A DNA stretch of 64,000 nucleotides from Octopus vulgaris (lineage: Eukaryota), in the NCBI GenBank assembly GCA_951406725.2, contig OX597831.1, positions 46,996,001-47,060,000 on the forward strand, written 5' to 3'. The translations under genes were made by a program, and so were the position numbers. Below the pieces are notes generated by a model. The model was not told the origin of the DNA. It worked only from the letters and a program-made list of their open reading frames with translations, and made no database searches. How positions within the stretch are numbered: position 1 is the stretch's first letter; every line of letters begins with the position of its first letter. Positions 26,027-38,437 of the stretch are shown in pieces.

Positions 26027-26598
26027 TTAATCCTTTGGTATTCTGATTACTCAGTCAAATGTAATCCTTATTTATTCACATTGTTTAGAATTAATCAGGC
26101 ATTATCTTGTAGCTTTGATATTTCATTGATCTGATTGCATATTTTTACAATGACATTGTAAGACAGGTGTGAGAGGCTGGATCTGGCTGGTTTAAACATG
26201 AAACAGTCTGAATATTTTGGATGGATATGGCTGGTTTAAATATGAAGGCGCATGGCTCAGTGGTTAGAGCGTCAAGCTTATGATCGTGAGGTTGTGAGCT
26301 CGAATCCAGGACCGGGCTGCGTGTTGTGTTCTTGAGCAAGACACTTTATTTCATGTTGCTCCAGTTCACTCATCTGTAGAAAGGAGTTGCGACGTTACAG
26401 GTGCCAAGCTGTATTGGCCTTTGCCTTTCCCTTGGATAACACTGGTGGCGTGGAGAGGAGAGGCCGGTATGCATGGGCGACTGCTGGGCTTCCTTAAACA
26501 ACCTTGCCCGGACTTGTGCCTGGGAGGGTAACTTTCTAGGTGCAATCCCATGGTCTGTGTCGTGACCGAAGGGAGTCTCAGAAATGCTAAAGGGTTAA
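26027..26598 (-). mobile_element. piggyBac-type MITE (TTAA ends) interrupted by a family D SINE at 26245-26580
   Basis: Ends are TTAATCCTTTGGTATT and AATGCTAAAGGGTTAA. The body matches copies at 58934-59162, 59414-59803 and 62636-62862. Confidence 0.8.
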
Positions 26599-27582
26599 GC
26601 ATGAAAGTTTTAAGAAAGCATTTTATTACGATGTTTTAATAAGTAGTAATTGTACATTCCACAATTAGTGTTCCCCTAAAGAATAGCTAATTGTATTACC
26701 TGGTCTAGGTGCAGTTGTATGTTCTGAATCAATGCACAAGGTGAGGTGGCATTTGGTTACATCCGTATATCTAAAACAAATTTACTGTTCCGGATTCCAA
26801 GTTCAGTTATCAACCCCACACAAAAACAATGATGTCAATATAATTAAGAGAAATCAGTATAACCATGGTTCAATTACAGTAACTGGTGGGGGAAAAAATA
26901 CTTTATATACAGGTGCAAACATGGCTAGGTGGCTAAAAAGCTTGCTTTGCAACCAAGTGGTTTCAGGTTCAGTCCCACTGCATGGAACCTAGGGCAAGTG
27001 TCTTCTATTATAACCCCAAGCCAACCAATGCCTTGCGAGTGCATTTGAAACCTATTTCTTTATTACCCACAAGGGGCTAAACACAGAGGGGACAAACAAG
27101 GACAGACATAGGTATTAAGTCGATTACATCAACCCCAGTGCGTAACTGGTACTTAATTTATCGACCCCGAAAGGATGAAAGGCAAAGTCGTCCTCGGCGG
27201 AATTTGAACTCACAACGTAACGCAGACGAAATACCGCTAAGCATTTCGCCCGGCGTTTGAAACCGTGTGCAAGCCTACTGTATATATGTATGTTTATGTT
27301 GCCCCCCACCACCACCACCACCACCACCATCGCTTGACAATTGCTATTGGTTTGTTTACACCTGCCTAAACTTGGCAGTTTGGTAAAAAGGGACCAACAG
27401 AAATAAGTACTGGAGTTGATTTGTTCAACTAAACCCTTCAAGGCAGGGCTCAAAGACAAGCCACAATCCAATGACTGAAACAAGTAAAAGAATAAAATAA
27501 TAGCACATGTGCATGTGTGAATAGAGAGAGAGAGAGAGAGAGAGAGAATGGGGGGAAGAAATTGATATTAAGGTAATGTTAC

Positions 27583-27754
27583 CTAGGTTTTTATCAAGAT
27601 ATGTTTGCCCTCCTTTCAACAAGTAACTGGTCATCATCGTTTGGTGAGTTGGAATGGATAACTGCCTGGGAGGTGGTGAGTTCTGTGTCAGCTTCCATGG
27701 ACCAGGCAACTTCCTAGCGCTTGAGATCTTCTTTGGCATACTTCGCATAGAAGC
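27583..27754 (-). CDS. Gene A internal exon (ASMRSMPKK...KLTQNSPPPRQLSIPTHQTMMTSYL...NLG)
   Basis: ttgtttcAG acceptor and G|GTAACA donor; 172 nt, phase 0 in and phase 1 out, consistent with both neighbouring exons. Confidence 0.8.
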
Positions 27755-29416
27755 CTGAAACAAGGAACACAGTAAAAGTTTAGTCAGCAAAATTCAGTAT
27801 TTGTGTGTGGTTAGGGAGCTTGCTTCCTAGCTACATGGTTTCGGGTTCAGTCCCACTGCGTGGCACTTTGGGTAGGTGTCTTCTACTATAGCCCCGAGCC
27901 GACCGGAGCTTTGTGATTGAATTCGGTAGGTGGAAGTTACTGCCGTGTGTGTATGTGTGCGTATAGCTGCTCAGTGCCTCTCCGAAAGAGAGAGAGGGAT
28001 ATCTTTTACTTTTATTTTTGTACTTGTTTTAGTCATTAGACTACAGCCATGGTGGGGCACTGCCGTGAGGAATTTCTTTTAGTCAAATAAATCAACCCCA
28101 GTCCTTTCTGCTTTTTTTTTTAAAGTCTGGTACTTATTCTATCAATCTCTTTGCCGAGCTGTTATGTTAGAGGCACAAAATCACAGACACGGACACACGT
28201 GTGTGTGTGTATAAAGTCATAAATGACAAATAGCTTGGTGAAATTTTAATTAACAATAAGAAAACTCTAATATCGTGACAAATTGTTTCATGACTTAAAA
28301 ACATGTAGATAATTTATTATTAAAAGTAATAATATAAATTATTTACATGTTTTAAGTTACAAAACAATTTGTCGTGTTATTAGAATTTTCTTGTTGTTAA
28401 ATAAAATTTTAACAGAAAAATCTTATGTGGACCTCCATGCCACCCAAGACTATGTGGACCTCAGTTGAAAACCACTGCTTTAGGGGTTGATAAATAAAGT
28501 ACCAGTCTTGTACAGGGGTTGATTCTTTCTGCCCATTTGTCTCACTTTCTGGAAGCGATCAACTCTAAGTGAGGGAAAGGCCTGCTAGGCCAGAAAACGT
28601 TCAACTCATACCATATGTTATGACAATATTTCAATGGGCCAAGTTGGTGAGCTGGCAGAATCGTTAGCATGCTGGGCAAACTGTCTAGCAGCATTTTGCC
28701 CACCCTATATTCTGAGTTCAAATTCCACTGAGGTCGACATTATTTTTCAGCCTTTCAGGATCAATAAAGTAAGTATCAGTTAAATACTGGGATCAATGTA
28801 ATCAACTTATCCTCTGCTCTGATTTTGCTGGCCTTGTGCCAAAATTTGAAACCAATATTCAAATGGGCCAAACAAAATGTTTGGTGGCATTTTGTCAATC
28901 TTTATATTCTGAGTTCAAGTTCTGCCGAGGATAACTTTGCTTTTTATTCTTTTGGAGTTGAAAAAATAAGTACCAGTTGAGCATTGAGGGTCAATGTAAT
29001 TGACTTACCTCCTCACATGAAATTGCTCACCTTGTACCAAAATTAGAAACTGATATTTCAAAGGCCCAGTTAACAATTAGATGGCCTGTAAAGGTGCACA
29101 CATAAGGCGGCGGCTGGCAGAAACGTTAGCACGCCGGGCAAAACGCTTCACAGTATTTCGTCTGCTGCTACTTTCTGAGTTCACATTCCACCAAGGTCGA
29201 CTTTGCCTTTCATCCTTTTGGGGTCGATAAATTAAGTACCAGTTACGCACCGGGGCCGATGTAATCGACTTAATCCGTTTGTCTGTCCTTGTTTGTCCCC
29301 TCTGTGTTTAGCCCCTTGTGGGCAATAAAGAAATATATACAAATACACATGTGTGTGTGTGTGTGTATGAATGTAATGTGTGTGTGCATGTGTGTCTCTC
29401 TCTCTGTTGCAAATGA

Positions 29417-29772
29417 GGAGTGGCTGTGTTGTAAGTAGGTTGCTTACCAACCACATGGTTCCAGGTTCAGTCCCACTGTGTGGCACCTTGGGCAAGTGTC
29501 TTCTACTATAGCCTCAGGCCGACCAAAGCCTTGTGAGTAGACAGAAACTGAAAGAAGCCCATTGCATGTGTGTGTGTGTGTGTACATGTTTGTCCCCCAC
29601 CATCGCTTGACAACCAATGTTGCTGTGTTTACACCACTGTAACTTAGCAGTTCGACAAAAAGAATCCGATAGAATAAGCACCAGGCTTACAAAGTATATG
29701 TCCTGGATTCGATTTGTTCGACTAAAGGCGGTGCTCCAGCATGGCCACAGTCAAATGACTAAAACAGATAAA
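29417..29772 (+). mobile_element. Family A SINE
   Basis: Full head, body, (TG)n and tail layout. Confidence 0.88.
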
Positions 29773-30124
29773 AAAAACAAAAACAATATACAGGAGATTC
29801 ATTCATTTGCTTGTACTGCTGGCGATTCTACTCAAGTTACTCACAAAAAGGAAGCTAGCTCAGGAGATTTTCATTCAAACGCATTATATATCGACAATGT
29901 TCAAGTGCAATCTTTCCTTCTTTTTTCTTATAGGCATATTTTTGATATTTCCTTATTAGTCCTTTATATTTAGTTTGAAACAAGATATCTCAAAATATTG
30001 CTGGACTAATAAATAAGGAACACTACATATCCTTGTCATTCAAGCATACTTAGAAAGTAATGTGTTCTCATTTTATTATAATATTTGATATTCCCTAAAA
30101 GTAAATTACTCATTCTCTCTCTCT

Positions 30125-30176
<52 letters not shown>

Positions 30177-30191
30177 CATGCATGCATATAT

Positions 30192-30357
30192 AGGCGTAGG
30201 AGTGGCTGTGTGGTAAGTAGCTTGCTTACCGACCACATGGTTCAGGGTTCATTCCCACTACGTGGCACCTTGGGCAAGTGTCTTCTTCTATAGCCTCGGG
30301 CTGACCAAAGCCTTATGAATGGATTTGGTAGACGGAAACTGAAAGAAGCCCATCGTA

Positions 30358-30397
<40 letters not shown>

Positions 30398-30616
30398 CGT
30401 TTGTGTGTCTGTGTTTGTCCTCCCAACATCGCTTGACAACCAATGCTGGTGTGTTTACGTCCCCGTCACTTAGCAGTTCGGCAAAAGAGACCGATAGAAT
30501 AAGTACTAGCCTTACAAAGAATAAGTCCTGGGGTTGATTTGCTCAACTAAAGGTGGTTCTCCAGCATGGCAACAGTCAAATGACTGAAACAAGTAAAAGG
30601 GTAAAGAGTAAAAGAG
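30192..30616 (+). mobile_element. Family A SINE, near consensus
   Basis: Full layout with internal (TA)n and an AGTAAAAG-type tail. Further copies lie at 32322-32722(-), 38355-38921(-), 54345-54730(-) and 61829-62190(+). Confidence 0.9.
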
Positions 30617-31140
30617 TATATATATATATATATAGCTACTATATACACATAGACATACACACACACACATATATATATATATTTATACACACATATATAT
30701 GCATACATATACACATAACTACATATACGCATAACTACATACATGCATAAGTACATACACGCATAAGTACATATACGCATAAGTACATATACACATAAGT
30801 ACATATACATATATGTGTATATTACATATACACATATATATATATCATCATGTACTTTTTGAACAAATGATATGATCAAGCTTTTGTTCTGAAAGTGAAA
30901 TAAATTATATCATGGAAGTTATAATAGCCATTTAAAATAACATATAATGTGGAATTCACTTTCATTTTGGTTTTTATTACATTAAATTCCATAGAGTATT
31001 TATTCTTTTCTTTCCTTCTCTCTTATGTGTCATGTCAGTCGCATACTGTGAGAATAAATATTATGAACAAAAATATGGACTCAGTAACATTGCTAGAGGT
31101 TTATATTAAAAGACAGTTTTATATTGCATATATATGTATT

Positions 31141-31180
<40 letters not shown>

Positions 31181-31181
<1 letters not shown>

Positions 31182-31444
31182 CAATTGCAGTGTGGAAGGT
31201 GTTTGTAAGCCATTTAAGAAACACACAAAAGCCGTTCGATTCACTTCAACGTTTAAATTTAATTTGTCAAAATATTTTCGTCGCTATAAGACCGCAACCT
31301 GTTCGCGGATTTTTGTCAGTGAACAGGTTGCGGTCTTATAGCGATGAAAATATTTTGACAAATTAAGATTAAATGTTGAAGTGAATTGAATGGCTTTTGT
31401 GTGTTTCTTAAATGGCTTACAAACACCTTCCACACTGCAACTGT
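31181..31444. repeat. Fold-back element (about 124-bp arms) with a G3-C8 hammerhead-like motif
   Basis: Arms 31181-31304 and 31321-31444 are near-perfect reverse complements, and the element sits in a (TA)n tract. The motif is at 31312-31362. Confidence 0.88.
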
Positions 31445-32519
31445 TTTCGTTCCAGCACACGATCTCAGATCAAATCACTTGCTATGCAAGTACATCTCCT
31501 ATATATATATATATAAAGTTAATCCAAACATGAAAACACAAAGAGAAAACACAACAACGCGAGGACGTGGAACAAATATAGTAATAGAAAATTATACAAA
31601 CAGCAGTGTGCAATGTTTTACCAAAAAGGAAAACTATAACTGCCACCAAATATGAGTAGTGTGTTAGAAACACCAACATTGCTAGAAATAAGAGCAAAAA
31701 TGCGCCAGTGCATAATCATATACCTATATACTGACAGGGACTATAATTACCCAAAAATGTGGTGGTGAGCTGGCAGAATCATTAGCACGCTGGGTGAAAT
31801 GCTTAGCAGTATTTCATCTGCCGTTACGTTCAGAGTTCAAATTCTGCCAAGGTCAACTTTGCCTTTCATCCTTTCGGGGTCGATTAAATAAGTACCAGTT
31901 ACACACTGGGATCGATGTAATCAACTTAATCCCTTTGTCTGTCCTGGTTTGTTCCCTCTATGTTTAGCTCCTTATGGGCAATAAAGAAATAAGAAACGTT
32001 AGCACACCGGGTGAAATGCTTAGCAGTATTTCGTCTGCCATTACGTTCTGAGTTCAAATTCTGCCGAGGTCGACTTTGGCTTTCATCCTTTCGGTGTTGA
32101 TTAAATAAGTACCAGTTACGCACTGGGGTCGATGTAATCGACTTAATCCCTTTGTCTGTCCTGGTTTGTTCCCTCTGTGTTTAGCTCCCTGTGGGCAATA
32201 AAGAAATATATAATCACCCAAAAACCTTGATCGAGAATTCCCTATACTGACCAGTCAGTTTTGTCAATTTCTGCTGCGCCATCAGTAAGGACTGCCATAC
32301 ATACATATATATATATATATTCTTGTATTTGTTTCAGTCATTTGACTGTGGCCATGCTGGAGTACTGCCATTTTTAGCAGAACAAATCGACCCCAGGACT
32401 TATTCCATGTAAGCCTAGTTCTTATTACATCGGTCTCTTTTGCCGAACCGCCAAGTTATGGAGATGTAAACACACCAGCATTGGTCGTCAAGCAATGAGG
32501 TGGGGACAAACACAAACAT

Positions 32520-32561
<42 letters not shown>

Positions 32562-33261
32562 CGAGCTTCTGTCGGTTTCTGTCTACCAAATTCACTCACA
32601 AGGCTTTGGTTGGCCTGAGGGTATAGTAGAAGACACTTGCCCAAGGTTCCACACAGTGGGACTAAACCCAGAACTATGTGGTTGGTAAGCAAGCTACTTA
32701 CCACACAGCCACTCCTGCGCATATATATATAAATATATATACAAAATCATCATCTTTATTATTTAACATACATCTTCTATGCTGTCATGCATTGGACAGT
32801 TTGACAGGAGCTGGCAAGGCAGAGGGTGTCACGAAGCTTTACTGTTTGTTTTGACATGTTTTTTTTTTATGGCTGGATGCCCTTCCTAATGCCAACCACC
32901 TTCAGTGGAATGGATGCTTTTTATGTGGCACTAGCACTGGCGAGGTCTGATTTGGCCTTGTTTTTTTATGGCTAGATGCCCTTCCTAATGGCCTGATTGC
33001 TTTTTACATGGAACCAGCCCCACCATGGTCTGTTTTGGCATGGTTTTTACAGTTTGATGCCCTTCCAAATGCCAACCACTTTATAGTGTGCACTGGATGC
33101 TTTTTATGTGGCACCTGCACCGGCAGGCTCAACAAGCAGCTCACAAGAGGGTAGGGGTATCGGAGGAGGTAGCCCTGTGCCAGGTGATGAGAGATTAGAG
33201 AATGACAAAGGGACCGAAAAAGGTATTTCGTTGAAGGGATGCATGGTTGCCCCAGTCAGAG

Positions 33262-33296
<35 letters not shown>

Positions 33297-33584
33297 AAGA
33301 GAGAGACAGTGTGATGTGCCAGGGCATACTCTCAAGGTACGGGGATGAGAATATAAATGGGAAGGTAGAGCATTGCCAAGGGTGCATAAATAGAAAAGTA
33401 GGGAGTTCATATGAATGCAATGGGGCATGGAATGCAGTGACTGGTGAAACTTTGGGTAATTGTTCAGCTCAGTGATATAAAAAAAAGTAAATAAAAATTA
33501 AGAGGGAGATAAGTAGTAAAAGAAACAAAGGGACATAACTCAGTCAAAGATGTTTGGTCATTCTTTACTTTGCAATTAGAGTCT

Positions 33585-33890
33585 CAAGAAAGTGTTTTTG
33601 GTCAAAGTACCTGACTGCACAGAAGAAACTTTAAATGAGCAGATACAAAGGTGGGTTTTGCCTGGGTCTCACATAGTCAGTGATGAATGGCAAGCATATT
33701 ATAATATCATTATCCTCAATGGTGATGCCTACACACAGGTAATTATACACCAACATTTTGCTGATCATGATCAAGACATCCACACACAAAATGTGGAAAA
33801 TATGTGGATGCAGGTGAAATGGAAGTTGAGACAACAGTTTGGGACACATCAGACGAATTGTTTGTTTCATAGAGTTTCTCTAGCATAATT
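33585..33890 (+). pseudogene. Merlin / IS1595(ISXO2)-like DDE transposase fragment
   Basis: FLVKVPD.TEETL...IQRWVLPGSHIVSDEWQAY...H..HF.D....IHTQNVENMW..VK is the typical Merlin catalytic signature. No TIRs were found. Confidence 0.8.
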
Positions 33891-34002
33891 CCACTGAGAA
33901 AATTAAGACATTTGCTCACTTTCTGGCAATGATCATCAGTCTTTATGCTGTATAAAAGTAAGTGCTTTTACCATTATTTTGTCCAACCCCTATACATACA
34001 TA

Positions 34003-34087
34003 TAACGAACATCATTGAAACCTTAACGAACATCATTGAAACATTAACGAACATCATTGAAACATTAACGAACATCATTGAAACCTT
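34003..34087. repeat. 21-bp minisatellite x4
   Basis: TAACGAACATCATTGAAAC(A/C)T is repeated four times, next to a solo Tc1 TIR remnant at about 33962-33993. Confidence 0.9.
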
Positions 34088-34399
34088 ACGAGATAATATA
34101 TACTTGATTTTTTTTTGCTTTCTTTAGATCACTAAACTGAACAATTACCGAAACCACAGTATACAGAGGGATGGTGGGACAATGTGATAGCAATGATATA
34201 GAGGGCAGAGCAGTGACAACAGGATTGGGCTGCAGGAGTTGGGTGGGAAAGATAAGCATAATGCATGAAACAGAGGAAATAAGAGGAAGAGAAAAGATGT
34301 AGTTTGGTTTATTGAGGTAGGGTGTGTGAAAACTTTGGTTAAATGCAGGTGGAGCATGCAGCACTTCCAGAACTCGGTTTCACTGAAGTGGGTGGGTCT

Positions 34400-35610
34400 T
34401 CTCAAGAACCTCATATCACCAGATATCTTGGGCCATTTTCATCTCCTACGTGAGGCCCCACTTCCTGAGATTGGTCCTCATTACTTCATTCCATGTCTTC
34501 CCGGGCCTCCCTCTTCCACAGGTACCATCCACATTAAACAATAGATACGTCTTTATACAGCTGTCTCCAGTCATAAGCATCACATGTCCAAACCTACATA
34601 GTCGTCTCTCTTGTATGCTGCATCTGATTCCTCTTAAGCTCAACTTTTCTCAGCAAATTTGCGCTTTGTTATACATGCAAACTGATGCTGCATATCCATC
34701 AGAGCAAACTAGCTTCATTCCTCTCTAGTCAACGCATGTCTCCTGCATTCAGAGCCCATGTCTCACTCCCATGGAGTATAGCCATTCATACACAAGCATC
34801 ATACAAACTACCTTTAACATGTATCATTAGTCCTTATTGTTCCAGTGCATCTGCCACATATGAAACTGTCTTTCTCTGTTAATCTACCTGTGATTCCACT
34901 GCATCACATGTGTCCATAGCTTGCTCTGGGAACAACAAACGGAATTACTTCCAACTCTTTTCCGACATATTGAGAAGGGCCTTTTATCTGACAGAAAAAG
35001 AGTCTTACCCACTTTCTTGCTAACATCAACTTTGGTCTTAACTTGATAAACTTGAAGGCCCTTTGATTCCAGGTTTTACTTCCATACCTGGAATTTCTTC
35101 TCCAACTTAGCTACTGATTCTGCAATAAGAGCAAGATCATCAGCGTATAGTAGTTCACAGAGGCAGTCAGTTCTAAATTCCTCAGTTATGGTCTGAATGA
35201 CTATGACGAATAAGAGTGGACTGCGAACTGAACCCAAGTGAACCCCTACTGATACACTAAATTCATCACTGTATTCATGACTGACTCTCAGCTGACGGAC
35301 AGGACTGCTGTACATGGCTTATACAGCTCCATCAAGCCTCTCATCTACTCCAGGTTTCCTTAGAGACCACCAGATAACAGAGCAAGGGACTCTCTATCAA
35401 AAGCTTTCTCAAGGGCAGCGAAAGCCGAATACAGTATTTTATTTCTGGCCCAACATTTCTCCTGCAGCTGTCTCACTAGGTGGATGCTCTCAGTGGTACT
35501 CCGTCCAAACACTAAACCAAACTGCATCTTATCTACTTTAATTCTATTCCTAATCAACTCTGGAACTTTCACGACCTGGTCCAGTAGTTTTGTAAGTTCA
35601 ACCTGGTCCA
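34400..35610 (-). pseudogene. RTE-clade LINE reverse transcriptase remnant
   Basis: QFGLVFGRSTT, F.ALEKAFDR, GVHLGSVRSPLLF, ELLYADDLALIAES, RRL..FGHV and GRGRPGKTW across frameshifts. Confidence 0.9.
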
Positions 35611-35975
35611 TGCATGCATGTGTTTGTAACATAAATAGGCATTTTAAACTTAGTATCATTCCTATTTATTTCCATTTACTTTTCTTAAAAAAATAGATCT
35701 CCCTTTATTTCTTTGTGCTTGGCACATTTAATTTCATTGAATTCAATTTTCAATTGTCACTGTCTCATTTCATTATTCTAGGCATTTCCCTCTAAGTATT
35801 ACTTGTCTAATTTCATATATCTATTTGTGTCTGTTTCACATTAAAATCTTCCTTGCTGTAGTTGTTTTATCGACTATGTAGATATACATATATAGACATA
35901 GTAAACAAAAAAAAAAAATCAACAAGAGATTTTATGCATACATATATGCTAGCATGGAAGGCGGACATTAAAAGA

Positions 35976-36014
<39 letters not shown>

Positions 36015-36095
36015 CACACACACACATATATATATACATACATACACACACACATATATATATACATACACACACACACACATATATATATACAT

Positions 36096-36128
<33 letters not shown>

Positions 36129-36239
36129 CATATACACACACACACACATATATATATATACATATATACACACACACACACATATATATATACATATACA
36201 CACACACACACATATATATACATATACACACACACACAC

Positions 36240-36273
<34 letters not shown>

Positions 36274-36816
36274 ATATATATACACACACACACACACATA
36301 TATATATACACACACACATATATATATACACACACACACATATATATATATACACACACACATATATATATATACACACACATATATATATATACACACA
36401 CACACATATATATATATACATATACAAACACACAAACATATATATATACATATGCACACACAAACGTATATATACACATATATATCATCATCAATTGGTC
36501 ATTAAATTATGATGATGATATATATATATATATATATATATATCATAGATAAAAAAAGAAACAAATATAAATTAAAGCAGACACAAATATATGAAGTTAG
36601 ACAAACCTAAAGGAAAATGTATAGAAAAGTGAAATGAAAGAGTAACAAAAAAAAATTTGAATACAATGAAACCAAATATGCCAAATGTAAAGAAATGAAA
36701 GCGGATCTATTTTTAGAAAAAAAGTAAATGGATTAAAGAGAAATAAGAATAATACTAAATTTTAAATGCCTATTTATGTTGCAAACATACACACACATAA
36801 TATATATATGTATGTA

Positions 36817-38077
36817 TAGGGGTTGGACAAAATAATGGTAACACCTAGCATCATAATTTTGAAATATCTATAAAACCGTCAAAAGCTTGTTTATTTTTTT
36901 GTTTTTTGGTTTATTATTAGTGTTGCTTAATATGTTTTGCTAAAATTGCTGGGTTTTTTTTTTTTCAGATATCATCAGAAAAAGGTAATTAAAATTCATT
37001 AAAATGACAGATCTGTTGGACTTTCAAAAAGGTCAAAATGTTGGTGCTCATATGGCAGGCACTAGTGTAACAAAAACAGCCAAAATGTTTGGTGTATCAA
37101 AAAGTACTTTCTCGTAAGTAATGACAGCCTTTGAGAAAGAAGGAAAAAACCTCCTCGTCAAAACAAAACTCCAGAAGAAAACTAAAACTTTCAGATAGGG
37201 ATCATCGGACTCTAAGCAAATTGTTAGAAAGGATCACAAAAATACAGCTCTCAAAATTGCTGCAGAGCTTAATGACCCCCTCGAGAACCCAGTTTCCACA
37301 AAAACTGTTCGCCGGGAAATTCACAAGGCTGGATTTCACAGGAGGGCTGCAATCAGAAAACCACTACTTTCAAAAACAAATGCTGCAAAGCATTTAGAGT
37401 GGAGTAAAAACCTACAGAATTGGTCCCTAGAGCAGTGGAAGAGTGTTATTTTCTTGGATGAAGCATCCTTTACCTTATTTCCAACCACCAGCCGGGTATA
37501 TGTGGAGACAGCCAAAAGAAGCATTTGACCCAGACTGCCTTCTTCCAACTGTTGAACACGGAGGAAGACCTGGGAGGTTATATCTTGGAAATCCGCCAAC
37601 CCAATGATTTCCCTTCATGGCAGAATTAATAGTCAAGATTATTTAAGCATTTTATCTGATCGAATTCATCCTTTGGTTGCAGAACTGTTTCCGGAGGGAA
37701 ATGCAATCTTTCAGGATGATAATGCACCAATTCACTCAGCTCAAGCTGTTACTGAATGGCACAAGGAGCATTCTAGTTAAGTTGAGCATCTTATCTGGCC
37801 ACCACAGTCCCCAGATCTCAATATTGAACATTTATGGTGCATTTTAGGAAAAACAAGTAAGGAGTTGATATCCTCCACCATCATCACAAGAACTGGAGAC
37901 TGTTTTAGCTGAAGAATGAACAAAAATTCCTTTGGAAACAATTCAAACTTTGTACAAGTCCATACATCATGCATCATAGAATTCAAGCTGTAATTACTGC
38001 CAAAGGCAGTCCTACCCCATATTAAAATTAATTTGTTTAAAATTTTAAGGTGTTTCCAGTATTTTGTCCAACCCCTC
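36817..38077 (+). mobile_element. Full-length, decayed Tc1-like DNA transposon (about 1.26 kb)
   Basis: TIRs AGGGGTTGGACAAAATAATGG.AACACCT and AGGTGTTTCCAGTATTTTGTCCAACCCCT, with TA flanks. The transposase starts at ATG 37004 (MTDLLDFQKGQ.VGA), includes W..VIFLDEASF, FQDDNAPIH and WPPQSPDLN.IEHLW, and is broken by stops and frameshifts. Confidence 0.92.
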
Positions 38078-38206
38078 TATATATGTATGTATGTATGTAT
38101 ATGTATGTATGTATATATATATATATATATATATATAAACAAAAACAGATTTTATGCATACTCATATGCCAGTATGGAAGGCAGACATTCAACAATGATG
38201 ATGATG

Positions 38207-38250
<44 letters not shown>

Positions 38251-38405
38251 AAATAAACAGAACAAATTGACAAGCAAGATTTTTATACATACATATATAT
38301 CATCATCAATTGGTCATTAAATGATATATATATATATATATTAAACAAAAAAATCAAGGAAGATCATCAGTTGTCAAGCAATGGAGTGGGGACCAACACA
38401 GACAT

Positions 38406-38437
<32 letters not shown>

